A stretch of DNA of 64,000 nt from the human T2T-CHM13v2.0 reference genome, Homo sapiens, in the NCBI RefSeq assembly GCF_009914755.1, contig NC_060925.1, one strand, 5' to 3'. Under the pieces are notes generated by a model that saw nothing but the letters and a program-made list of their open reading frames with translations, was not told the DNA's origin and ran no database searches. The number at the start of each line of letters is the position of its first letter. Position 1 is the stretch's first letter. Both the position numbers and the translations under genes were made by a program. Below are positions 1-13,254 of the stretch, in pieces.

Positions 1-327
1 TTCCCGATCTTCGGGAGCTCCTGGGAAGCCTGCATTGTGGATGCTGAGCTCAGCATCCTGAGCTGCTGGGAAGCTGTTGTGGTCAGACCTTATTGGCCTT
101 TGCTGTACCCAGGTGACCCCCTTCCATTGGGCTCTCTGGCTACAATACTTCCTGTTTTTGCCTGCGTGGAAGGATCTAAGATGGCCTTATTTCCTTCCTT
201 AGCCACTCAGAAGGTTGGGTGGCTTTGTGGTCTGGGGTTTAAGGGAGGAGTTGTACAACTCTAAGAGGTGGTCAAAGTAAGGGAAACTCATTATGAGCTC
301 TGTAGATTCTTTCTTCCACTAACTTGA

Positions 328-501
<174 letters not shown>

Positions 502-660
502 TGAAGTTTGTCTAGAGTTCAGCTTCATTATCCCTATATACCAGGGAAGCTCCATCAGTGCCTTCTGTTTTGAAAGGGATGTATGCATGACTGTGTGTAT
601 TGCAGAATGCGTACATTCCTTTGTGGTATACTTTCCCATAACTAAGGAATTTTCCATTGA

Positions 661-783
<123 letters not shown>

Positions 784-1228
784 TGAACACACCAGTTTCC
801 CTGCCACCTTGAGTCTCTGAAGCTTTGACATCAAGAGACTGGGGTTTCTTTTATGTACAAAAGGGAAACAGATTCAGAACTTACGTCCAAACGTAGTTTG
901 CTACGTCTGAAACTGATGTTGGAATTATTTTTTTTTTTAAATTAGTACCCCTTTCATGAGTCTTAACCTTGAATGTTGGCTCCTGGAAATCCAATTAAAT
1001 ATGGAAAGTGTTTGGCTGAAGTGAAATGCAAATTACTACCCCCCTCCAACCCCAAGTGTCCCTTTAGAAAGCAGAGTCCAGAGGAGCCTATAAGGTGGGG
1101 GTCAAGAGGTGTAGGTTTGTTCCTAGGTCTGTCACTGGTAATCTGTGTGGTCTTCAATAAGCCCCTTCCTTTCTTTGGGTCTTTTTCCTGCTTTGGAATG
1201 TTATGCTCAAGGAGCTTCTCCCTTTTAG

Positions 1229-1564
<336 letters not shown>

Positions 1565-3185
1565 CCGAAGACCCAAGTCAGCATTCCGGTGGTGTAACTG
1601 TGTGTTTCCCTCCAGCCCTGGCCTCCTGCCCTTGTCACTAATCACCAAGGAGTCATTAACTTCCTCCCTCTATGCCCACCCCTGACACTTCACCATTAAT
1701 CTTAACACAGAACATGAGGTTATGTGTTTATAGGACAACTTAAGCTGTTCTTCAGTTTGAAACATCTTTTCACCCAGGGGCAAGTTAGCAAATTGAGTCT
1801 TTTAGGACAGATTCTCAGATGGGATGATCTGGAGGAGGAGGAAAAAGATACGCTCCCTTGGGGCTGAGCATGCCCCACACTCTTGGATCTTCTCTCTGTT
1901 CCCTGGTGTCTTCACTAATGTCCTCATGTTGGTGAAGTGTTGGGGGATGGAGGGCGGGTGAGCAGTCGGGGGACAAAAAGTCTATTTTTCCTTCACTTTT
2001 GTCTCTTCAATGTGTGTTTTCCTCACACTCCTTACTTGACTGCTTTCTTCCCCCACTTTCATGTCCCCTCTGGATTGTCCAGTGTAATGCATGGCATTGT
2101 GGTGTCTGTCTAGGAAGGAAGGGGTGATTGACAAGAGACAAGTCTGGCCCAGTTAATGCTTTCTGCAGTGGGTCTAAATGGATCTGGACTGGAGGAGTCT
2201 TTCCTTTCCTTTCTCCCTTCCTCTCCAGCCAGGTCCTGTAAGGGCCAGCCCAGACTACAGGACATCCACAGAATATTCTGGAGCTTGCAAGTAGACATAG
2301 GGTGAGAGTTCTTGCCTCCTTTCATGAGAAACAGTTCTAAGTCTTCGATGCCCTGGGAGAATCTGGCTCTGAGCATGTGGGAAATGTCTTGGTTTTTATT
2401 TTTAATTTAGAGTCAGGCCTGGGTCTTTTGAGGTCTGCAGAGTGGGGTTTAGGAGAGTAGGGTGGGCTCTAGCTCTTGCAGGGCTCTTAGAGAGCAGTCA
2501 TGTCTTTTCTCCCATGACTCTCAGGTTCTTTGCCAATCACAGCAACTTTTCCTGCCAAAGCCAGTATCCTCTGGGGCTGTTTAGAAGGGCAGTTAGATTC
2601 AGGAGTCACCACTGATGTTTGAGTTGCTCAAGGCAAGAGGCAGAGAAGAGTTCACTAAAACTGCTTATTTTTGAATAATTTCAGCACACTGTCCTTAAGA
2701 AGAAAGAAACATCAAAACAAAATAGTTTTTACATGACCATTTTTTTCCCAAATGTGGAAAAGCTTGATGATGAATTTAATCTCTCTCATTGGAGTATTCT
2801 TTTGTTCATAAAGAGAAACTATCTCATCTTGATGTCCAGAGAAGTCCTTGGAACCCTGTGGGATCTAGCTCGTAACTGTTTGTATTTCTCTATTCACTTC
2901 TGTCATTTCATTTTCTTTGTAGGGTTAAACAGAAAATGTTTAGGGAAGAAATTCTTAGCCCCTTGATGACCATGATGGCTTATTCTCTTTCCCAATTTTG
3001 CATGCAAAATGTACGAATATATGTATGTTTTTCTGAGAGGCAAGTTTAGGGTTCTCATGGGATTTTAAAAAGAGATAGGTGACTCCCCACCTTAAAGTTA
3101 TCTGCTGGTCTTTTAGAGGTAACCAGTGAGAAGGAGTTAGCTATTTTCCAAGGGTGTTTTCATTTGGTAATGGAAGACTTTTTGC

Positions 3186-3365
3186 TGTGGTTCTCATCCA
3201 GGAGTATTCCTTAGAATTGCCTTTAGGATTGTTGAATCATAAACATGCCTGTGTCCACCTTATGCTTAATACTGACTCAGAATCTCTGGGATCTGGGTCT
3301 GGACATGCATGTATTTAAGTAGCTCCGGATGATTCTGATTCATAGCTCGGGTTAAGAACTCCACC
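3186..3365. mobile_element. MER5-like hAT-Charlie DNA transposon relic
   Basis: gtggttctca...tcagaatctctggg...gatgattctgat...ttaagaactccac resembles MER5 termini and core. Confidence 0.55.
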
Positions 3366-4832
3366 TTAGGAAGTTAGGTGGAAAAATACTGGATAGTAGT
3401 TTCTCAGACAAAAGTGTCAGCCTAGGAATTCTGAATTCCTCATAGTCCTGAAAGGACAGTTCTTTGGGTTTGATGTTTGAGCAGATCATAATGTTAAATG
3501 ATATAACCCCCTGGAAGGCAGGCTGCTGTGTTTTAGAGGGTTATTCTAGGTTCTAGTCCCATCTTTAACCCTTTACATTGCTGAGTGATGTGGAACAAAT
3601 CACTGAATTAAATAATTGTCTCTAGAGAGCAGCTGGGGATTTTAAGCACCCTGGAGAGAGGTGCAGACCCTGCCAGGATGATAAAGGTTGTCATCACTGG
3701 CAACTGACTCCTGACCCCGGGTCCTTTACTCGTATGTCCCAAGTAGGATACCATAGGCAGCTTCTAAAGGCTGCTTACCTAGATTCTTCTCAAAATTGTG
3801 TCCAAGATGTTAAGTAACCTGCTATTCCTGTTTAGTGGTTACATAACATGTACTTAGTGTCTTTGTGGAGCTTTGGGCTGGTAGGGGCAGGGATAGGGGA
3901 AAGCTAAACAGAAGTAGAAGAAAAGGTCCTTGTCCAGAGGAAGGTTATTTTAAGAGACAGGACATGTAATTTATAACAAATGGACATTTGCAATATAGCA
4001 ACAGTCTGAGTCTAGAAGTGTTCAACCATCACATCGCTTCTCCTGACTTTTCTGTTGTCCTATGGCTATGAGACTACAGGGGTTGGGGGATGGGGATGCC
4101 CCCACCACCACCAGTGTGAGAATGAGATATGGTTGGGGAGGCGTGTTTGGCACTTTTACAAGGTTGCATTGTCCACATTTGCTTGGATGGTGGCATCTGT
4201 AGCCCAAATGGGCATTCAGTCTTTTCTTCTGCTGTGAGGTAAGAGTAATTCAGACCTAATGAATGAGAAGAGGGAGCACTTTGATCCACAGACTTTGGAT
4301 TAACACTGTACCCACTCTTAGCAAAAGGGGACTTCTCTAACAAGCTAGCATTGTGTTAACCTGTCATTAACCCAGCATTAGAGACAGGTCACTGGGATGT
4401 TCATTCTGGCTCTCAGCCTGCTGTTATTTCCCCACTCTCACCTGTGCTAGTTCGCTTTCTCCAGAAGAGGAGCTGAGGTGGTCTTATCCTCAGATAGGAC
4501 ATGAGAAATTGGAATTTGGCAAGCAAGGGCTTCAGCATCCTTTAGTTTCTAAAGCAAGATCCCTTCAGAGAAGTCTAGCAGGAAGAAGCCAGGAGAATGT
4601 AGAATGGAAAAGAGCTCTTACTCCAAATTTTAGAGAAGTTTCAGCTCTACTTCTCATCTTTTCTCTCCTGGTCTTACTTGAATGCATGTTGGTAATCTGT
4701 ATACATTACTATGACTGTGTCTATCACAAGTCCTACAAAATAAAAATGGACTTAAAAGTACTCTCTGCTGAGGCTGTAAGTTTTGTTTTGTGAGAAATAG
4801 GTAAAGACATTAGCATTTAATCTACTGGAATA

Positions 4833-4941
4833 AGCTGGTTGCTGTGGCTTATACCTGTAGTCCCAGATACTTGGGAGGCTGAGGCAGGAGAATCACTTGA
4901 GACCAGCCTGGGCAATATAGTGAGACCTCACCTCTAAAAAA
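4833..4941 (+). mobile_element. Alu monomer fragment (FLAM/AluJ-like) in 3'UTR
   Basis: cctgtagtcccagatacttgggaggctgaggcaggagaatcacttga...gaccagcctgggcaatatagtgagac plus A tract. Confidence 0.85.
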
Positions 4942-5794
4942 GTTTTTTATAAATTTACTTGTCTAAAGTGGGGAAAGGGAAATTATTCTGTTTTCTTATT
5001 CTTGCTTCAAGACTATGACAGATTTGAAAGAGAATTCTAAAGCAGATTTAGAGAACCTGCTTCTCTTCTTATCTCCTAATCCCTAAATTGTAATTTAGCT
5101 CTTATCTGTATTGTTGTTTTGTTTTGGTAAAGGGATGATTTTTACATTGAGTTTTAAAGTAGAATAAGAAAAGCTTCTAAAAACTTGCATTGTGCTAGGG
5201 ATCTGCCCTATATCTTTGCCTCTGGTGTTTCGTTGTTGTTGTTATTGTTTGTTTGTTTCCAAAGAAGTTGGAGTTAAGGACACAATATATTTGTACCCCT
5301 AGACTGAATGGGTGAGTATTCCATATGAGGATCTGGGTAATCCTCTTTGCAACCCACATTTGGTCTTCAGAGACACTGGCATTTTGAAGAAACATATGAT
5401 ATAGCTGTTTGGAAATAAATTCATCTATGTTACTTTTTTTTTCTTTTTTTTTTTTTTTTATGAGCAGGAGATCTTAATTGACAGAAACTCATTGGTGGTT
5501 GGAGTGGCCAATGGGCACGGGAAAAAGTATCCAGTAATCAGAAGAATTGTATCTGGGTTATGTAATCTTATGCACATTCCATTGTCTTTGCCAAGCCCAG
5601 AAGCCATGTTGTGTTCATTGTTAAGAAATTTGATAGATTTACCCAGCTTTTCTATGTATTTTGACTTATTGAAAATATGTAACAACTGAGTCGGGTTGCA
5701 ACACTGGTGGGGTAGAATCGACTTTCCCTGAAGGTGACACAGATGTCAGAATTGTGTCCAGGGATTTAATTTAGACCCATACTGTCCAGGAGAC

Positions 5795-6080
5795 TGTCTC
5801 TAGTTGGATCTCTGTGCTGACTGACTGACAGACAGACTTTAGTGTCTGTGTGCTGACTGACAGACAGACTTTAGTGTCTGTGTGCTGACTGACAGACTCT
5901 AGTAGTGTCTATATGTTGACCAACTGGTAGACCAGGAGGATCTGTGTGCTGATTGACTCTAGTAGGATCTGTTTGTCACTGACAGACTGTAGTAGTGTCT
6001 GTGTGCTGACTGATAGATAGACTATAGTAAAATTTGGGTGTTGCCTGACTAACGGTCTAGGGTCTGTAAGCTGACAGTCT
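5795..6080 (+). repeat. ~32-bp minisatellite in PFKFB2 3'UTR
   Basis: Two identical units ctgactgacagacagactttagtgtctgtgtg (5821-5852, 5853-5884) plus degenerate flanking copies. Confidence 0.9.
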
Positions 6081-7012
6081 GCCTGCTTTCTGATTGTATC
6101 CATTGAAGTGTATGTACATTATGGTAATTCTCTGTCTATTAAATGTGTCTAACAAAGGAAGGAATTAAGCACTCCACATGTTTTCTTTATAGGGGAGTTC
6201 TGTACACTATGATTTTAAATAGATATTTCTTATATAGTAGTGGCCAAATTCTCATTATTTTGTACAAGATAAAGGTTATGCATCACTTTTATGGTATTTT
6301 GTGAACTCAGCTAAGGGAATGCCTGTTCAGAGCTTGGAGTTGTTACCTTTACTTGAAGTCATCTCATCCAGTCCCCTGCTTTAGGGCAGGACTTCAGTTC
6401 CACTGTTCATTTCTGAAGCTTCTGTGTCCCCAGCTTACCCTGTTCTGGAATGTTGTATTCCATTGGACAGGGCTGCTATTTTTAGTCAGCCATGCATTTG
6501 GATTTTACGCTTAATCTAGTAAGTAAAAATGAGAAGAAAATTTGGCATTTAAAAATTGATTTTAAGGGTTGGCAAAAGTATTTTTTCCAGTAAGCCTTTC
6601 ACTGGATATCTGTGACCAATGTTTACCTACGCAATGTTTTTGTATCTGAATTGCTTATGTACGTTTTTTATTATATTGACCTAACAAGAAGATCAACTTA
6701 TGCTGGTATGGTGATGGTTTTGCTATGGCAAAATCAAAGGGCTGATCATACATGGTGCCCTTTGGGAAGGGGGATGGTGTGGGGCTGAGCACCTCTGGGT
6801 TGAATGGGAATGGGTCAGATTGGGAAGCCTAGGAAGAGAGTTCTACTGTAGATTTCCTAGGCACTGCTCTGTTGAAATAGGAACATAAGTCTTTAGCAAC
6901 ATTCTGATTTAATCGGGTGACACTGATAACAAAGTATGCCACTCAGATCCATTTAAAGTGTGCATAACTGTATTTGAAATGTGTTTTTGTGTGCGTGTGT
7001 GTAGAATGGGTA

Positions 7013-7018
7013 AATAAA
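7013..7018 (+). terminator. PFKFB2: Polyadenylation signal, PFKFB2 long isoform
   Basis: AATAAA with upstream TGTA and downstream ttctgggttttttgttt. Confidence 0.75.
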
Positions 7019-7549
7019 ATTGTTGAGTAACTTGAACCTATCAGAAGGCTTCTGGGTTTTTTGTTTAGTATTTTCAGTTGTGTTTCCCATCCCTTCCCCA
7101 CCCCTAAAACTTTGCCTCATGCTGCACAAGGATTCAGACTCAGACAAGCCAACAGAAGTTCGCACTGTAATTGAAGACCATGGTGTAGCCGTGGCTCTCT
7201 TCTGCCACCTTCTGGGGAAGATAGGAAGAACATTATGGAAAGCACATGAACTTCAATAGTTGTGTGTTCCTGTTGGCACTTATGCAAGAATTAAGAAACA
7301 ATTACATTTCACTGCACTGTGCAGTAATTCCCATTAGCAACATGTAACTCATATTATGTATTATAAAGAAAACTTTTGGAGATTTTTTAGCACTTAGTGG
7401 ACTGTTGTTCCTAAAATGTGATTTGCCCATTTCTAAAGAGATTATGGTCAAGGGTATAAAACAGCATTTAATTTTTTTTGAGACAGGAAATACAGATGGG
7501 ATTGTTTTACCATTCGCATGCCTTATTCCTTGTTACCTTAACAAAGACC

Positions 7550-7667
7550 AGAAGCTCATTAGAAATGCAGAATCCCAGGCCCCATCCCAGACCTCCGGAG
7601 TCAGAATCCTCATTTTACTAGGACGACCAGGTGATTCATATGCACATTTAACATTTGAGAAGCACTG
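7550..7667. mobile_element. MER5A-like DNA transposon relic
   Basis: ttagaaatgcagaatcccaggccccatcccagacct...ggtgattcatatgcacat...tttgagaagcactg. Confidence 0.7.
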
Positions 7668-8176
7668 TTCTAGGGGAAAAATTTCCCACAAGGTAAAATG
7701 TTAGATGCCAGTTAATGGGAAGAAGTTGATCTGCTCTGATGACTGGTTTCAGAATGGACTCGTATAACTAAAATAGTAGGGACCCTCCTCAGAAGCCAAG
7801 TAGCCCCTGACTACAGTGTCACTTTATTGGCATGGTCTTTTGGCTGACATAGCCTACACGATTTCCTTCTACCAGAGGGATCCTGACTGCTCCTGCTTCA
7901 TATCTTGGGTATGTAGCTTATGGTCCAGGTCTGAAAGGAGTGCCTGGTCCAATATGGTCACGAGGTCAGCTCCTCAGGGAAAGAAGACCATGACTACGCC
8001 ATTCGGGTAGTCAAGGTGTGTGTGTAGGCACACCAGTGTGTTCATGCATGTGTATGGATGTGGGGATGGGGAGGTTGAGGGAGGAGGGAAGGTAGGGGAA
8101 GGATTCTGTTCTACTTTTATGTTCGCTGCTTGGCAGTGCTGTAATAGCTTTGTGTCTCTTCCTCTCTGGCTCGTAG

Positions 8177-8242
8177 GCAGCAGAGACCACACTGGCTGTG
8201 CGCAGACGCCCCTCCGCAGCGTCCCTCATGTTGCCTTGCTAA
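8177..8242 (+). CDS. PFKFB2: PFKFB2 alternative terminal exon (short isoform C-terminus)
   Basis: Pyrimidine tract plus tcgtag acceptor, phase 0; AAETTLAVRRRPSAASLMLPC-stop gives 450+21=471 aa, matching the known second isoform. Confidence 0.9.
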   Translation, partial: AAETTLAVRRRPSAASLMLPC

Positions 8243-10168
8243 TGATGTGGATGTTCAGGCCTCACCTCTCCAAACGACTGGGATCTACTGAAAAGCTTGG
8301 GATGTCAGCTTCACAGAGGCTAGAACAGGAAGTTAAGTGGGAACTGGACTTTGGGGGCCACCAAAACGAGGCCTGGAGAAACGTCACCATATTTCCTCCC
8401 CTCCTGCCTAATGGGAATATCAGTTACACTGAAAAATTTAACTTCCCTGTGCCTCAAAACATTTAGCAACCTGAACCAGTGACTTTTTGTCATCTCTGTG
8501 CTGAGTTTGGTCCAAGTTGGTCAATCTCATTCTGTATAGGCATTTAACATCCTACCTGTGACTGTCTGCATCCTTTGCTGGCTCTTTTTTGCCCAAAGTG
8601 CAAATGCACTTCTTCAGATTTACTTTTCAAGTGAGAAGGTAAGAGCTGGTCTCTGCCACTGTTCCAGGCGAGCAGGCTAGAGTCTAATATACTTATGCTA
8701 GCAGTTACCATTTGCCACATTGGAAGCAAGAGACAAATCACCAGGTGAATGGAGGGTCTTCTGAGAAATTCAGTCCCTAAAACATCTTCTCTGCCTTGAT
8801 AGAAGAACAGTGTCAGTGGCAACCTTTTCATTTAGAGAAGTTTTTCTTGTTCCAGGCCCTTCAGGACAGGATCTGACTGCAAGACTCCCCAAAATGGGTA
8901 CCCATCTTTTAAGTTCCCTTTTGTAGCTACTGTACTTTTGACTTGATGCATGTGCCTCTCATGCATCAAGATGGGGCTGATGTGGTTCTCCTGGGTGGTT
9001 GGGAATGTGGACTAGACAGAAAAGTAGAGTGCCATTTATATCGCGTGAGTAAGTCAAGAAAGCTCCTTGAGAATCAGCCCGATCAGGGAGTGTTTTGGCT
9101 TCAGAACAGGTGGAAGGAGACACGCCCCTCTGTGGGCTCTGTCACCATGATACAGTCCTTGAGAGAGCTGTGGCTGTGACTTGGAGGGCAGTAGTCTCCT
9201 GATACCTGCCTCTTGGCCACTGGTCACTATTGTGGTCACTGATCTCTCATATAAAAGTGAGGGTGGCGGGGTCATGGACCAGCGCCTCAGTGCATTAGTC
9301 ATTCGCTTTTCCTTACAGACAAATCAGATAACTCTTCCCCAGTGATTGTCAAATGTATGAATGTATCTCTGTAAATGTGGTTTTGACATGTCACTGTTAC
9401 TGAAGGAGAGTATGGAATCCCCACAGGATATTATATCTTGCAAGGAAAGTCTATTTTTTTAAAGAATAGTATGTTTTTAGCTTTACTTTTCTTTCTTTTC
9501 CTTTTCACTCAAATGCTCACTTGCTGGGCAAAAGGGTGAGTAGCAAGAAAAGTAATGATATGTAGCTTTTCTCAAATGGTTCTTTTATACTGTGGATGAT
9601 ACAGGACTCTGTTACCTAAGATGTGATAAGCTGGGCTGCAGGCGGTTCAGCATCCAGCAACTAGGAGCTGCTTTTCTACGTACAAAGCTGCCTTCAGGAA
9701 GGCTCCTTACCCTGTAGCAGATGATTTTCATCTGGCTGCCTACCGCATGCTGTACTATAATGATTTAGTTGTGATATGGATTTCTCTCTGCATCGAAAAC
9801 TGTCTTTTGATGATCAGACAATGTTTATATTTAGTTATTTATTCTATCCATGTAAGGCATTTTTGAGTTTTCTTGTCACTGTTTGCATGTATTTAATCAG
9901 AATGTAATATAATTTATGTTGTCAGGTTTTTTTTGTTTGTTTGTTTGGGGTTTTTTTTGTAGAAATTTAGGTAGTTAGAGCTTTTAAGTCTAATGTCATA
10001 TTAACTTAAGTTAAATTTCCAGAACGTAGATATCTGTCTTCTGTAAAAGGAAAATAACGATGTTAAGGGACAGTGAATTTTTTTTGAATACTTTGTTTCT
10101 CATTGATTTTTATTGTAAGTGTAAACCAAGAGATGCATTTCTCTGGAGAAGTGTTTATCTCCTGGATT

Positions 10169-10232
10169 AATAAAATCATGCTAAAATATGCGAGTAATAT
10201 GTATTGCTTTTGTAATAAGAACATAAAATAAA
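10169..10232 (+). terminator. PFKFB2: Polyadenylation signals for PFKFB2 short-tail isoform
   Basis: AATAAA at 10169-10174 and 10227-10232, ~2 kb after the alternative stop. Confidence 0.55.
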
Positions 10233-11369
10233 ATTATTTTTAATTAAAAATGCAATTAATTTTTAAGATAACACACGAAAAGATAACATTTGGTACATTA
10301 TATGTATGCAAAATATTAATAACATTGTCTAAAATGTGTTTGAAACTAGCTTCTTTAAGATGATTTTCAAATTATTAGATTATATGTATATTTCCAACTA
10401 GTGATTTTAACCAGTTCAAGTTTCATCAGCATTTCAAAATGATATCAGTAAGATTGTGACTACCATGCATTACTGACGTCCTAGAGTTTCATTTATTTAT
10501 TTAACAAATATTTAGTGACTACCCATTAGTTGCCAGGCAATGACTAAAACAAAGTCCCTGACCTTTGTTTAGAGTTTATTATTGGAAAGGAAAGGTTAAC
10601 AGCAGGTTTGTAACCTAACGCATCTCTTTCTACTGGGGATGCTTTCCCCCTCATGAATGACCTTCACCAAATAATGTTGGATAATGGTTACATAATGTAT
10701 ATGATAAAGTAACTTGGAACAATCTTTTGGGGTCAGCAGCAATAGAGATAAAATGAAACATTCATAATAACAACAGAGGATTTCCAAATTCTTTAAGTTC
10801 AAGGGTTCTTCTGATAGAATGAAAATGACTTATGAATTCTCCAATTTGAAAACAGGTGAGAGACAGTGGTTATGTGTACTGATGAATACATTGAGCTTTA
10901 ATAATCTAGCTGGTGGGCTGACAGTAATGAGGATGTGGTGTCAAGGTTTAATTTCCTTGGAAATATCTCCAGGCACTTCTGCAAGTGTTCTCTAATTCAG
11001 CCATCAAGTCATCATTTGTAAAAGGCTGGGGTGTCTGGAATCATTCTCTGGGTTTTACAGAGAGGTAAATGAGCACCATTACTGAGTCACACACCTCAAC
11101 ACTCGTGATTTTTATAAAGCCAATAATATCTCAGAACAAGGTAAATGTTAAGACCCAACAGACACATGCCACACTGTTTTAAAATGTTGCTGGTAACTTA
11201 GCAAAGATACCAGCATTAGAAAATGATTACTCAGCGAGTACTTCAGTGTTGGGTGATGGTCATTATTTGCCTTTCTCCTGTAGGTTTCATCATTACACCA
11301 TTTCTTAAACTTCTCCAGGGTCTTCACTTAGGACTCACTGTGAGGAGCATCAACCTTCAGGTTCACTAG

Positions 11370-11423
11370 CTTGCCCTGGCTATTTATTTTTCATTTTTGT
11401 AGAAATAGGGTCTCACTATGTTG
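11370..11423 (-). mobile_element. Short Alu/FLAM fragment
   Basis: tttttgtagaaatagggtctcactatgttgcccaagctggttttgaactc. Confidence 0.75.
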
Positions 11424-12473
11424 CCCAAGCTGGTTTTGAACTCGGCAGGAGGTGATGAGCCCATGGGCACTTCCTGTGGCGTCTGACAATGGCCCATCAC
11501 CAAGGTTTATGGTCTCTAGAAGTATTTTGCATCATCCAACCTTCATTCATTCTCTTGAACTCATTTGAGAATTTGACATGCTAAGGACTCTCTACCCAGA
11601 AAAAGGTTGACACATAGGTTTTGCATACAGTTTAGGGAGGTCATGACCTGAAACCCATTCTTGGACCTCAGGGTAGGAAACAGGAGCTACGTAATACTGT
11701 CCATACTCTCTTGTCCATTTCTCTCCTTTAACATGTAAAAGAAAAAATAATCCAGTGACATGCATTTGATACTATTTAAGTGGAGGAGGGGAATATATGA
11801 TGTACTGGAATTTTTTTACTGCACACTGGGATATTTAAGAACGTGGTTTTTAATGAGATAGCATCACTGTAATCATGGAGAGTAATATTTTCTTTCTCTT
11901 AAAAACATCAAAGCACAGTCTTTCTTCTTTTATTCTCATCAAGCCAATGTCAGCTGCATTCCTTCAGCCCTTTACAAGCAGAACAACTACGCTTCTGAAT
12001 TCCCAAAGGCATTTAAATGCCTTTTTGATTGTATGCAACACTCTACCTGTGAAAATCAGATTAGATTCTATAGGAGAGTTTCTCTGCAATTAAGCAAAAT
12101 AATTTCAGAAGCATAGGAACGCTTGGGAAGCAGCACTGTAGCATGGGGTCTACTCTCAACATGTTTAATGCCCTTCACCAAACATCCAGCCTACTTTCAG
12201 AGAATAACTTGTTTATCCATTTGGGTTTCCTTCTTCACTGATATGTTTGCCTCTTCATTGCCATTCAGTTTTCACTTCCTAGGTTCTCTCCTCTTTCCCC
12301 CATTGTCTTTGTAGAATTTATGGATGGGAAGGGAAACTGTGTCAGAGTATGCTTTAATAAAGTCTGTTAAATATTCTTTTCTGAATTTAAATTCCTGAGT
12401 CATTTCACTCAAACTCTGTTTCAGATTAGAGTTGGTTTCAGCTGTGGATTTCAGTAAATCTAAAATAACAACT

Positions 12474-12795
12474 CCAAGGTCACATTGGTTCAGGCTGGTA
12501 ATCTCAGCTCTTTGGGAGGCTGAAGCGGGAGGATTGCCTGAGGCTAGGAGTTCAAAACCAGCTTGGGCAATATAGTGAGACCCCCCCACCCATCTCTACA
12601 AAAATAAAAAATAAATCAGACAGGAATGGTGGTGCACACTTGTAGTCCTACCTACTCGGGAGGCTGAAGTGGGAGAATTGATTGAGCCTGGGAGTTTGAT
12701 GCTGCAGCGAGCTATGATCATGCTACTGAACTCCAGCCTGGATGACAGAGTGAGACTCGCTCTCTCTCTCTTTCTCTGTCTCTCTCGCTCAAAAA
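12474..12795 (+). mobile_element. AluJ-like element
   Basis: Diverged dimeric Alu with middle A-rich linker and CT-rich insert before the tail. Confidence 0.9.
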
Positions 12796-13254
12796 GAACA
12801 ATGTGTTGGATTCTACTTCATAGAGGAAGGTGGCTACTCCAGTTGCAGAAAACATGTTTACACTCTGGCCAGCAGGAAGGAAGAAGGCAACAGGACATAC
12901 CAGCTTCTTTTAAGGATATTTCCCTTCTCATGTAACCCATAAATATATACACCTACTGTAAAGTTAAAAATTAAAAAAAGAATATTTCCTAGATTTTGCA
13001 AGCACACTTATGCTTATACCTCATTGGTCAAAATGTAGTCAAGTGGCTACATACAGCTTTCATGCAGGCTGGAATATTTTTATTCCAAGTGGCTTTGTGC
13101 CAGTTATAATTAGGGTTTAGTTACCAAAGAAGGGTTCAATAGCTATTGAAGAAGTAGCAACCTGCCTTAGTAGGTAATTGAAACATTGTAGCAGGTCTGA
13201 AGAGCTATAACAAGGTGAGCAGTAGCCTTTGAGGAGTTAGGCTGCCATTGCTTT

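Larger units (their letters stand above)
1565..7040 (+). other. PFKFB2: Long 3'UTR of the PFKFB2 long isoform (end approximate)
   Basis: Follows the stop codon; AATAAA at 7013-7018 followed by a GT/T-rich downstream element. Confidence 0.75.

Noticed and set aside
8020-8466. 148-aa ORF overlapping the PFKFB2 alternative exon
   Set aside because: Non-ATG start in intron, different frame from the real exon, no recognisable homology
11451-11501. Small hairpin ggtgatgagcc...ggcccatcacc as a miRNA precursor
   Set aside because: Stem only ~11 bp; too short and plausible by chance
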